A stretch of DNA of 63,871 bases, the filler included, from Hyphochytrium catenoides (Eukaryota > Protista > Hyphochytriomycota), in assembly GCA_900088475.1 (NCBI GenBank). It is 9 parts of 9 records of this genome, joined end to end, with 100 filler letters (N's around TTAATTAATTAA, not from the genome) between each part and the next. Parts side by side here need not be neighbours in the genome. Positions count along the whole stretch, not along the records: positions 50,766 to 54,566 come from FLMG01004663.1; positions 54,667 to 57,878 come from FLMG01000867.1; positions 57,979 to 61,931 come from FLMG01000926.1; positions 62,032 to 63,871 come from FLMG01003570.1; 5 more parts are not named here. The stretch is one strand, 5' to 3'. Under the pieces are notes generated by a model, which saw only the letters and a list, made by a program, of their open reading frames with translations, was not told where the DNA came from and ran no database searches. The translations under genes and the position numbers were made by a program. Positions 53,964 to 63,871 of this stretch are shown piece by piece. The stretch's first letter is position 1, and every line of letters begins with the position of its first letter.

Positions 53964-54566
53964 CCTACCGGTCGAGGTATGTGTCTTTCAAAGATCGCAC
54001 CACGAGCTCGACATCTGGAAGCGGAACCGCCTCGATTGCCTTCACTACCAAATCTTTCTCATTCAGGTGAAGACTCATTAACAGCGCCTGAGAGAGACGA
54101 GAGAGAGAGACGAGAGAGAGAGAGAGAGAGAGAGTCAGGGAGATCCGGAGAGATAGTATGTGTGCGTGAGAGAGAAGGAAAGAAGAGAGAGAGAGATTGC
54201 GTTTGCGGGAGAAAATGCCCAATGAGGAAAAGAGAGAGAGACCACGAGAGCGAATAGCGTATATTGACCGACCAGGAGAGTGAAGAGAGAGAGAGGGTGA
54301 TGAAAGGAGAGAGCTCCCTCATCTGCAAAGAAGGCAAGAAAGAAGCAGACCGGAGACCGGTGAAGTTCGTAGAATGTTTCCTCTCTCTCTCCTCTTCGAC
54401 AAGACTCTCTCTCTCTCTTTTTCCTCTTCTTTCCCGTTGAATGTGCATACTCTCCCTTCTTTTTTCTCTCTCCTCCATCGGGTGGCTCACCTTGGCCCAG
54501 TTCTTTCTCTCTATTTCCTTTCCTATCGAGTCTCTTGTGATGTCCTCGTCAAGGTCGAAAGGGTCG
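52987..54566 (-). CDS. PWP2: Periodic tryptophan protein 2 / Utp1, C-terminal Utp12-like domain (3' part)
   Basis: DPFDLDEDIT..|ALLMSLHLNEKDLV..YLDR|LLRFIA..SPHLEFYLRW..FRALQKSI..LSKL|CNANKYSLDYL. Confidence 0.88.
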
Positions 54567-54666
54567 NNNNNNNNNNNNNNNNNNNNNNNNNNNNNNNNNN
54601 NNNNNNNNNNTTAATTAATTAANNNNNNNNNNNNNNNNNNNNNNNNNNNNNNNNNNNNNNNNNNNN

Positions 54667-57600
54667 GCTATTAGAAGTCGAGAAGTCTGCTGGCTCCGCT
54701 TCAACTTCACTGCAAGGGACGCCAAAAGCTCTCTAGAAGGCTTGGGAGACGTCCTAAAAGGAAGCGCAAGAAGCAGGGTGAGAAAGAAAAAGAGGCCGTA
54801 GGAAACCAGCTCAAGGACGGTATTTTGCCTGGTTCCTAACAAGGAATGAGTCTATCTTCTCCCCTCTTAAGCCTTGCAGAGCTGCCTTCTCTACTCTTGC
54901 AACAAAATTTCCATCGCCTACAGCTCGACACTTGGTAAATTCTTTTTCTTACCCGACTTTCACTCTTGGCGCGGGGAGAAGGTTCCTCATAAGAAAAGCG
55001 ATGAACGGGTTGGATCCTCCGTACGACTCCTTGGGAAGGAGGTCGGAGGGGAGAGAGAGAAGGGAAAAGCGATGAAGAGCTGAGGAGCACGAAGGAAAGG
55101 AGGCAACCAAGTCCGCCAATAACTGTAGGATTTCCGTCACATCCAGCGCGAAAGAGGGGGAGAAGTCTACTCTCATCTTCTTCTGGTCTCTCTCTCCCTC
55201 CTCCTTTTGCGTCTCCTTCTCCGCGTCTTCTGCCACGAGCGGAAGAGAAAGGCACTTTCCCTCAAACTCCTTATTCTGTTCCACAAGACGGAGAACTAGC
55301 TCGGACATGATTTGAGCGGCCACTGAAAGGGCAAAAGAGCTCGTTCGGGAGCGCTGACGAGAGAGTGAAGAACGAGAAGGAGTCCTCTTCCCTCCACCTC
55401 CTTCTCTCTCTTTGCCCGCTGCTTCATTATCTCTCCCAGAGGATGAGGCAGATGACTTCTCGTGAGTCTCCGATTCTCTGACAGAGAGAATAGTCTTGTG
55501 CCCCTGTGTCTCCACCTTGACCACTGCCTCGCAGGCACGAAAGAAAGCTACTGGGTCTCTCAGGATAACAGGAGTCAAAGTATGGAGGAAGACTCGAGAA
55601 GAAGCTTGACCTTTCTTCCCTAGGGAAAGAAGCGTGCTCTTAATCTCTGTTTCCATCGCACCTTGCAGGGTTTGGGCATCAGACTCCAGCACGTGGCGAA
55701 GTAGGACGGTTATTAGCTGAACAGACCCAGGAAAGCGGCTAGAAGAGGAGAGAGAAAGGAGGGAATCAAGTCCTGAGAGGGAGAGAAACTTCGATGCGAG
55801 GACTTGGACGCGGGTAAGTCGTGCAAGAAGCTGGAGCAAGGCTTGAAGATACTGAAGCGGCAGCTCCTTGTTCCCAAGCTGCTCCGTTGCTACCTCTGTG
55901 ACCTCGGTGAGCTGCTGCAAGGACAGAAGCGACCTCCGAAAAGTCTTCCCTCCCGTCAGTTGGAGGTCAGAGAGTACTTCTTCTTGTGACGAAGAGGTCC
56001 CCGCACCAGCTTCCAATGATGGTCCATTGCCCTTTAGCGGAGGTGTCTGCACCAAAGCGTCCAACAGAAGTACTGCAGGTGCTAGCCAAAGGCCAGACCA
56101 AGGAGAGGTAGAGAGCGTTTGCTGCCCCTCTCGAANNNNNNNNNNNNNNNNNNNNNNNNNNNNNNNNNNNNNNNNNNNNNNNNNNNGGAGAGTGGGCGTA
56201 AGGAGATCTTGGCGTTGAGCTCCTCCAAGAGAACAGACAGAGTGTCCTCTTCTAACTCTTTCTTCTTATAGCATAGAGACAGGATGGAGGCAAGAGAAGA
56301 ATTCATGGCTATTACTTCCGACATTGTCTCTTGGCCATGCACCTTCGTGAGAAACAGACTCTCAGCAGTGGAGGCTAAAAGGTCGGAATCTTTCCAGTCA
56401 ATGCTCTGCNNNNNNNNNNNNNNNNNNNNNNNNNNNGAGCTTTCTCCAGCCTTACTCTTCTGTTCGTCATCTCCGCTTCCGCTTCTCCTGCCGCTGCTTG
56501 CATCTCCTACGGCTGCAGTAGCAGTTGAGCTGGTTGCTGTCGCTGAAGCAGGGCCCGATGCCGCCTCTCCTCGGCTCTCGGAAGCGGTTGGCGGAGGAGG
56601 GGGAAGTGGATCGTCGGCATGCGTCAGCTAAGCAGCAGGGGGGAGCAAGGAAGAGCAACGGGCAAGGAGTCAGCGGGGATGTAACGAGAAAGTGAGGGAG
56701 AGAACACTGTGCAGCTCATTCTAACAGCATACAGGAGTGTTATAAAAGCGAGAGGGAAAGGGATAGAATAGAACTTCTTTCTTTCAGTCAAACTGAAGCA
56801 TCCCTCAAACGTCTCGGACTGCCGCCCTGTGCAGAGGTTAGTCCTGTAAGTTCCCTTCTTACCAAGTATTCCATAGCTGCTTCAATGCTGCTTGTCATGA
56901 CCTGCTGAAAAGCGTGCTCAACGCGTCTCCTCTCAAAGCCCATCTCTACCAAGCTGCGAATAACCGGCTCAGGGGCAGAGAAGACATCACTCCTTTCTCT
57001 GCCTCTCTCGCGCTGCACATTCTGTTGAAAAGGTGGTGGTTGAGGAGGCTGTGGCCTCCAATAGTCCATGTCCATCTCCGTAATACGGAAGCCTCTTCCT
57101 CCTCTCCCTCTCCTGGTGCTCGGCCTCGGCTGATTGCTATCACCTGAACCCCCTGCTCCTCCTCCTTCTCTGGCATCATCTGCCTTTTTATGCAGTCTGT
57201 CAGTCAGAAATCGAGAGATAGCAGAGAGAAAAGAGGAGGCGAGAGCCGGGGGAAGAGCCTTCAAACCCTCCTGCCATTCTAGAAGAGGGCAGAGAGCCTG
57301 AAGTGAGAGAAACTGCAGTTTGACGATGAACTTTGGCCCATCAAATCTACCACTTCCCTCAGCGAGCGAGGGGTCAGAGAGAAGCAATGAAGCGGTGACC
57401 GGAGAAGAGAGGATCGCATCCGTCCCAGCTATTTTCTTCATAAAGGAGCATACAAGCGTCAAGCCTCCCATCAAGGAATGCTTAACGGACTTCAAAGCAC
57501 CTTCATAGCCTTCCTTTGGACCACTGTTCAGGCAACAAGAGGGGGGTAGAGGAAGCAGACGGCAAGAGAGTGAATGAAGTCAGAAATGACAGACTTTAGT

Positions 57601-57878
57601 TGCTACGGGTGGAGGCCATCTGGCGCAGAAAAGGAGGAGTATTGAGCAAATTTTGCCGAGTTGCGGTGCCACAAGGAGAGTGACTGTGACGCTGCGTAAA
57701 GAAGAGAGAGCAACAAGGGAAGAGAGTGCCATGTCATTGTATATCATTCGCGATACCACCACGAGAACCAATAAGAGGTGAGCGATGCTACTGAGAGAAG
57801 ATAGAAGGATGAGGGGCAATCAAAGACCTACCGCTTGGCTACGTCGGAGGAAAATGTGACGTCCTTAGTACCCAGTAC
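54667..57878 (-). CDS. Internal fragment of a large HUWE1/UPL1/Tom1-like E3 ubiquitin ligase
   Basis: UBA domain (VIRSLVEMGFERRRVEHAFQQVMTSSIEAAMEYL), then helical segments ALLQLLARLTR, VLLRHVLESDAQTLQGAMETEIK, PVILRDPVAFFRACEAVV and ILQLLADLVASFP typical of this family. The HECT domain is not in the contig. Confidence 0.75.
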
Positions 57879-59764
57879 NNNNNNNNNNNNNNNNNNNNNN
57901 NNNNNNNNNNNNNNNNNNNNNNTTAATTAATTAANNNNNNNNNNNNNNNNNNNNNNNNNNNNNNNNNNNNNNNNNNNNTCTGTGCGTCGTCAATGGCGTC
58001 TAGTGCGACATCGATGTCCTTGAGACGCTCTTCCTACATGTACTCTTCAAAGAATGGTTGCGTGCGTGCACACGCTCCTCCTCCTCCTCGTCTGTCATCC
58101 CTTTGCCCTTGTGGCTTCTTTCTATTTCCCCACCACCGACCACTTTTCCGACCACCAGTAGCGGGGAGGAGGAGGAGAAACAGCAGCAAGAAGGCTCACT
58201 GCTCGCCTTTGTTGGTTGGTCAATGCAAGCAAGACGAGGATGATGATGATTGATTGATGATGATGATGTCTGACTGAATGATGAATTATCGGCGGAGGAG
58301 GCCACCACCAACCAGGACGACGATATCATCATTATTATCTATAACCCTCCCCCTTTCCCCATCCGCAGCAGCAAGTAAGCAGGCAGCACCTCCCTGTAGA
58401 AGAAGAAGGAGGAGGAGGGGAAACGAAGGAAGAGCGAGGGTTGGTCAAGGGAAAGACGAAGACGACGGTACCAGCAAGTGGTGGTGGTAGCTACTTTTAT
58501 AATAGGTAGTAGGAACGATGGCGGCGGCAAAAAGAAGGCTGATGATGGTGATGAAGATGAGAGACAGAAAGACAACCAGCAGAGGAGGAAGAGAAGAAGC
58601 AAGAGCACGAAGACAAAAAGAAGGTGAGAAGAAGAAGGAACGAAGAAGAAGCAATAGGGAGAAGAGGAAGGAAGCAGGAACAAGAGGGAGAGGAGAGGGA
58701 TGATGGTCCTGTTAGCCTCTTGCTGCAACAAGCAGAGCGAAAAAGTCTAACGTAGGCTTAATGATGGTGGGTGGCGGGGGGCCAATGCATGCATTGCAAG
58801 CAGGGTCTCCAATAGACAGCGCCACTGTTAGTAGATGCTAGTATGTCGAATAATACCAGAAAAGAAGAAAATGGTGAGGAGGAGCAAGTGAGCATTGAGT
58901 GGTTCGGCGATAGTGAGCCTTTATTCTTAGCAGCCGCTTCTCCTTTTTCCTTCCTTTTCAGATAATCATAGATTTCTACATCGTAGTAGTACTACTAGAA
59001 AATTATATGGTAGCAAGAGATGCCAGAGGGGGACCGAAGTAGTGGTGGAGAGGAAGGAGAAGGTGGATTGAAGCTTTACGACTTTATCTATGCGGTTAAC
59101 ACCTCTTTCTGCTAGAGTTAATGCGGACGTAACCTAATGAACTAGAGCGAGGAGAATTGCTGGTTGATGAGGAGGCGGAGAACGAGAGAGAAGACAGCTA
59201 GCAAAAGTAGCTGTTTCTGAAGGAGAAACGTTAAATATATACACTCGCATCCATCATCGGTGAGTCCCTCCTACTTTTCTTCTTGTTCTTCTTTTCCCGG
59301 CGCTGCTAGCTTCCTCGTTTCACGGGAGCTACCAGTTATTATAATGAAAAAGGTAATAAAAAGACAAACCAGCAGGCGACGTCTTTTTTATGATAACCTG
59401 TGCTGAGTGGTGCCAGTGATCTGCCTTCGTCATGATTATTGAGGTGGATAATGATGAGGGCGACGACCAGGACGAGGAGGACCGTCGCCACAAGGAACAA
59501 CAAGCAGCAGAGGAGGAAGAAGAAGGTCAACAGCAACTAGCAAGAAGAAGAAGTTTATCAATTACGAAACGAGGTGACGACATCACGAAGAAGAAGAAGT
59601 AGCAAAGAAGGGAAGAAGAGACGAAGTTCTGAAGAAGCAAACAGACAATATTAATGATGCATCCGTGCTACATTAGGGCAAGAGAAGGGTAGGGAGAAGA
59701 GAGAAAAGAAGAAAGAAGCAGGTAAGGGCATAGGCAAGGAAAGAAGTACAGAGACGGACGGAGA

Positions 59765-60045
59765 AGAAAGAGAAGAGAAGAGTAGAAAAGAGAAGAAAAG
59801 TGAAGAGAAGACAAGATAAGAGAAGTGAAGTGAAGTGAAGAGAAGAGAAGAGAGGAGAGGAGAAGAGAAGAGAAGAGAAGAGAAGAGAAGAGAAGAGAAG
59901 AGAAGAGAAGTGAAGAGAAGAGAAGAGAGGAGAAGAGAAAAAAAAAGAAGAGAAGAGAAGAAAGAAGAAGAGAAGAGAAGAAAAAAGAAGAGAAGAGAAG
60001 AAAAAAGAAGAGAAGAGAAGAAAAAAGAAGAGAAGAGAAGAGAGG
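59765..60045. repeat. (AGAAG)n pentanucleotide satellite with AGTGA/AGAGG variants
   Basis: About 280 nt of tandem agaag units. Confidence 0.9.
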
Positions 60046-60856
60046 AACAAGAAGAAGAGGATGAGACACCATCCCCTTTTTCCTTTTTCTACAGTACGTG
60101 CACCGTCCGAATGTTTGTCTGTTCACGCTGTAGCCCAATCATCCATAATAATTCGTTGGTTTGCTTATCAAGAATATAGTAGGCTATCTATCCGCTCATT
60201 ATCCACAACTCAGAGGCAGTTGAGTGGTTTTATGCCCAAGATACAGTACACCCTGAGCCCTCAAACCATGCTGATTCGAAATAGGCTAACCATGGACAAC
60301 CCTACCGAGGTGTGTCACTAGTCAATAGATAAAGGCTAGCCTTAGAGCACGTCACATGGCGGTGGGGCTGGACCTGTGTGACCAGTGTTGGAGCTAAGAA
60401 AACAAGGGACATAGGCCAGCGTCTCGCATAATACTCTTACTACTCCCACTACCTAGCCCGATAAGCCTAATAGTGGTGGCTCACCGGTCAGTACTATTAC
60501 TACGAAGCCTCCAAGAAATGGTCGAAGAGACACGCCAGCCGACCGTTACAAGTCCTTCGATATTACTATCATTTGACCCTTTTTCCCCCACACGTTTTCA
60601 TGACACTGAGGCAGGGGTTTAAAGCAAATAGCTACAAATATACCCACCCACCTGCTGTGATTTAGCAACTATTATTGCGCGGCGCAACAGACACGATCGA
60701 GCAGCCATCACCTTTCTGACAGGGAGAGCACCCAATCCTTCGCCGCATTTGGCGATATTTGTGTAGCTCCTAGAAGCAATTATCCTAATTATTCGCCGCC
60801 TGGTCCCGTTCGTTAGGCTGTTGGGCTTTCACTGTGGAAGCGGCGATCGAAGGAGC

Positions 60857-60905
<49 letters not shown>

Positions 60906-61644
60906 GAGAGAAGAGAGAGAGAGAGAGANNNNNNNNNNNNNNNNNNNNNNNNNNNNNNNNNNNNNNNNNNNNNNNNNNNNNNNNNNNNNNNNGAGAGAGA
61001 GAGAGGGAGAGAGAAAGAGGAACAAAGAGAAGAGAAGAATGGGACAGAGAGAGAAAAAGGGAGAGAGAGAGAGAGAAGTCGGGAGGAGAGAGAAGAGGAA
61101 GAGATATTATTGACAGAGAGAAGACAGGGGAAAGAAGAGAGACAGAAAAAGAGAACAGAGGGAGAGAGAGAGGAAAGACAGAGGTTGAGACTAGCACAGA
61201 GAGTGGTGAGAGCGGAGAGAGAGAGAGCGCGGAGAGAGACGAGACAGAGCAAGACAGGTAACAAGGAGACAGAGAGAGTGAAACGAGGAGAGAGAGACGA
61301 CAGAAAAGGACAAAGAGAAGACAGAAAGATAAAGGACGGAGAGAGAATAGGAGAGAGAGAAAAGAAGAGCAATGAACCCTCACGCTGAAGAACTTCCTAT
61401 GGTCACAATGATCGACTCTGCACCTGCTGCGGCTGTGATGGAGCTCAGAGAGAGACACCAAGAGAGAGAGGGAGAGAGACAAAGAGAGAAAGGGAGAGAG
61501 AAAAGAGAGAGAAAGCAAGAGAAATAGGAAGCGGAAGAGTCGGAGCAGGAGGTTTCGTTTGGAGAGATCCAGAGAAGGCTCCTTGCAGACAGAAATAGAG
61601 CCAAGGAGAAGAGAAGAGAGAGACATAGACAAAAGAGAAAAAGA

Positions 61645-61676
<32 letters not shown>

Positions 61677-61840
61677 ACAGAAGAGGAAGCTTCGTCGTAC
61701 TGGACGAGCAAAGGAATGTCGAGGAAGGAAGGGAAAGTCTAACGTTCAGTCGACCAGACACTGATGATCTCTAGCCTGTCTCGCTCCTGCTCTCTCTCTC
61801 TCTCAGCATCAGAAGCCATCATCATCAAGACACAAGAGCA

Positions 61841-61880
<40 letters not shown>

Positions 61881-62031
61881 GAGAGAGAGCAAGTGTGCAC
61901 CACAGTCGCAGCTAAAGGGAGCTAGCGAATCNNNNNNNNNNNNNNNNNNNNNNNNNNNNNNNNNNNNNNNNNNNNTTAATTAATTAANNNNNNNNNNNNN
62001 NNNNNNNNNNNNNNNNNNNNNNNNNNNNNNN

Positions 62032-63761
62032 TCAGTCATTTTCCTACCATTCTCTCTATGGGCCCAATGACCAAGATCTGGGCATCCCTAGTGAACATTA
62101 GCGAACCGCCTGCCATGATGACGATGAGGACAAGCGTCTTCAACATGCTCAAGACAGAGTTATTCTTGTTCTGGGCAGACACCTGCAAGATTGCTATACT
62201 TTGACAGGGTGACGTTCCTAGATGACAGTCCAGACACTTCCCTGAGGAGTCGTAGCAACCTGTTGCTTGGGCGGAGTAGAGATCCGCAGTACGGTGGAAC
62301 TGAGAGATCTCGTCCAAAGACTTCACATCTTCAGCAGTCCAGCCGGTGCGCGGATGAATGGTGAGAGAGTATGGAGATGAAACGTCAAAGTCAGTGCCCG
62401 CTGCGTCCAAGCTTTGGAAGCGCGTATCCTTTAACCAGGCGTTTGTTGCGTTTTCAGACCACGTCGTACTGCAGTTGGCCGCACAGATCTTTAGACTGAC
62501 GATATTTCCAAAGGAGCGAAGATAGTCCTACGGGTGGCGGGAAGCAAAAGAGATGAGAGAGGAAGGGAAGAAGGCAAAATCGAGAGGTTATACACAGCAA
62601 AGATGATTGATAGTGAGACTTATCATAGGGTAGTCAAGGAAAGAAGAAAGGAAGAGATAAAACTGAGCGAAGATCACTAGATATCAACTCTGCTGGAGGC
62701 TATGATAGCGGGTACTCAAGGAGAGCAACCAGTAGACTTAGGGGCAGGAGCCTCGAGGGTTGTAGCAAATGAGAGGAACCTTCTTTTAAAAGCTGAGTGA
62801 GAACAAAGTCATGAAAGAAGTAGAAAGAGCGAGAGGGAGGCAGCCCCTTTCTGACGAGATATGAAGCCTCGCTTACCTGCACCCTCGCCCGGAAGTACTC
62901 CTCTGTCACGCTGCCCGTAGAATTGTAGTCCTGAGGCAGACGGTGCAGGTTACTGAGAGGAAGGCTGGCCCTTGCGTTGGCGTCATTGAAAAGAGATCCA
63001 TCCAAGATTGGCAGGCCGGTAATAATGACCAGGACCAAGACTATCAGTCTTCTGGTTATCATCTCCGTTAAGTGCTTGCCAATCTTGCTAGGCTCAATCT
63101 CTTCCACCTCTTTCAACTCCAAGTCTGCGTGCTTCCCTCTGTTCCGTAGCTTGTAAAGCTTCACCACACGGACGACACGAACCAGTCTAACAACCCGAAC
63201 AATTCTACCAGCCCTCGTGCTCGTCTGAGCCGTCTGAGTAGCTCTTTTTGCCACTGCATCAGAGATACCAAGTTTTGACACCGCAACGAGGGACCAAATC
63301 CACTGCACATCAGGAATGATGGAGACAGTGGACATCACGTCTAACCAGAAGTAGAAGGAAAGGCGGTAGTCGGCTTTGAAAGCAAAGTTCAAACAGAGCT
63401 CCACTACGAAGACTAGGAAGACAAAGAAGGCTGTGTTAGAAAAACCATCGTCCACCGACCGGTCAAAGCTAGAGATCCTAATATCATCCGCAAAGAGGGC
63501 ATAGCAAGTGAAGAGCGTAAGGATGACGCTTGTTTTTCCGCTCTCAAGTATGGCCACCACTCTCTGGCCAATAGAAGCATCGCGAGGAGAAAGAGAGTTA
63601 TCTGTCCCCTGTGATTGCTGCTTTTGTAGCGCAGGAGGCTGCCCTGCAGCTACCTGAGGGCCCCGTACGTTAAGAGGGGCAATTTTCCGCTTAGCATCAC
63701 CGAGCTGGTGTTCCTGATGAGGCCGAACCTCAGTAGGCGAGGGATGAACCGGCGTGGACAT
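62032..63761 (-). CDS. Voltage-sensor (ion-transport domain) protein, probably the N-terminal half of a channel-adenylyl cyclase fusion (3' truncated)
   Basis: TM S1-S3 (LFTCYALFADDIR, VFVVELCL, YRLSFYFWLDVMSTVSIIPDV), an S4 with periodic Arg (RAGRIVRVVRLVRVVRVVKLYK), PSKIGKHLTEMITRRLIVLVL, and a second exon ending LKTLVLIVIMAGGSLMFTRDAQILVIGPIERM. ATG at 63761 has an in-frame upstream TGA. Intron 62528-62876. Confidence 0.75.
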
Positions 63762-63871
63762 CGGCCCGCTCACAGCTCACGCTGGAGCTTTAGACGTCGC
63801 TGCCTCAGGGTCCAGGATCTGAGTCACCTTTAGCTAGATGTGCCCATTCCTTTTCAATCTGTAGGCCTCTT

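Noticed and set aside
61372-61774. Short + strand frame MNPHAEELPMVTMIDSAPAAAVMEL
   Set aside because: It runs into AG repeats and a stop, with no homology or splice support.

Overview
Eukaryotic, intron-rich DNA from a flagellated protist. A stramenopile/SAR origin is plausible but is inference only. The window is not contiguous: it is 9 contigs joined by eight artificial 100-nt spacers (N44-TTAATTAATTAA-N44), so nothing can be read as synteny across spacers. Most ORF-track entries (SLSL/RERE peptides) are artefacts of very dense (CT)n/(AG)n tracts. Spliced genes rebuilt by hand are IFT52, a kinesin-4, MCU, GTP cyclohydrolase II, V-ATPase c, sphingolipid delta-4 desaturase, IFT54/TRAF3IP1 with two tandem N-terminal CH-type domains, a NIPA Mg transporter, a single-KH protein, a ubiquitin-like-domain gene, an MtnB-MtnC fusion, NOM1, UPRT, PWP2, a HUWE1/UPL-like fragment, and the voltage-sensor half of a probable channel-adenylyl cyclase. 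The most striking unexplained signal is intron architecture. CT tracts follow the transcribed strand, and about ten introns have a 5' (AG)n arm followed by a 3' (CT)n arm; I saw none in the reverse order. These could be self-complementary hairpin introns that bridge splice sites. Also notable are microsatellite-poor, TAG/CTA-rich decayed tracts suggestive of C-to-T hypermutation.
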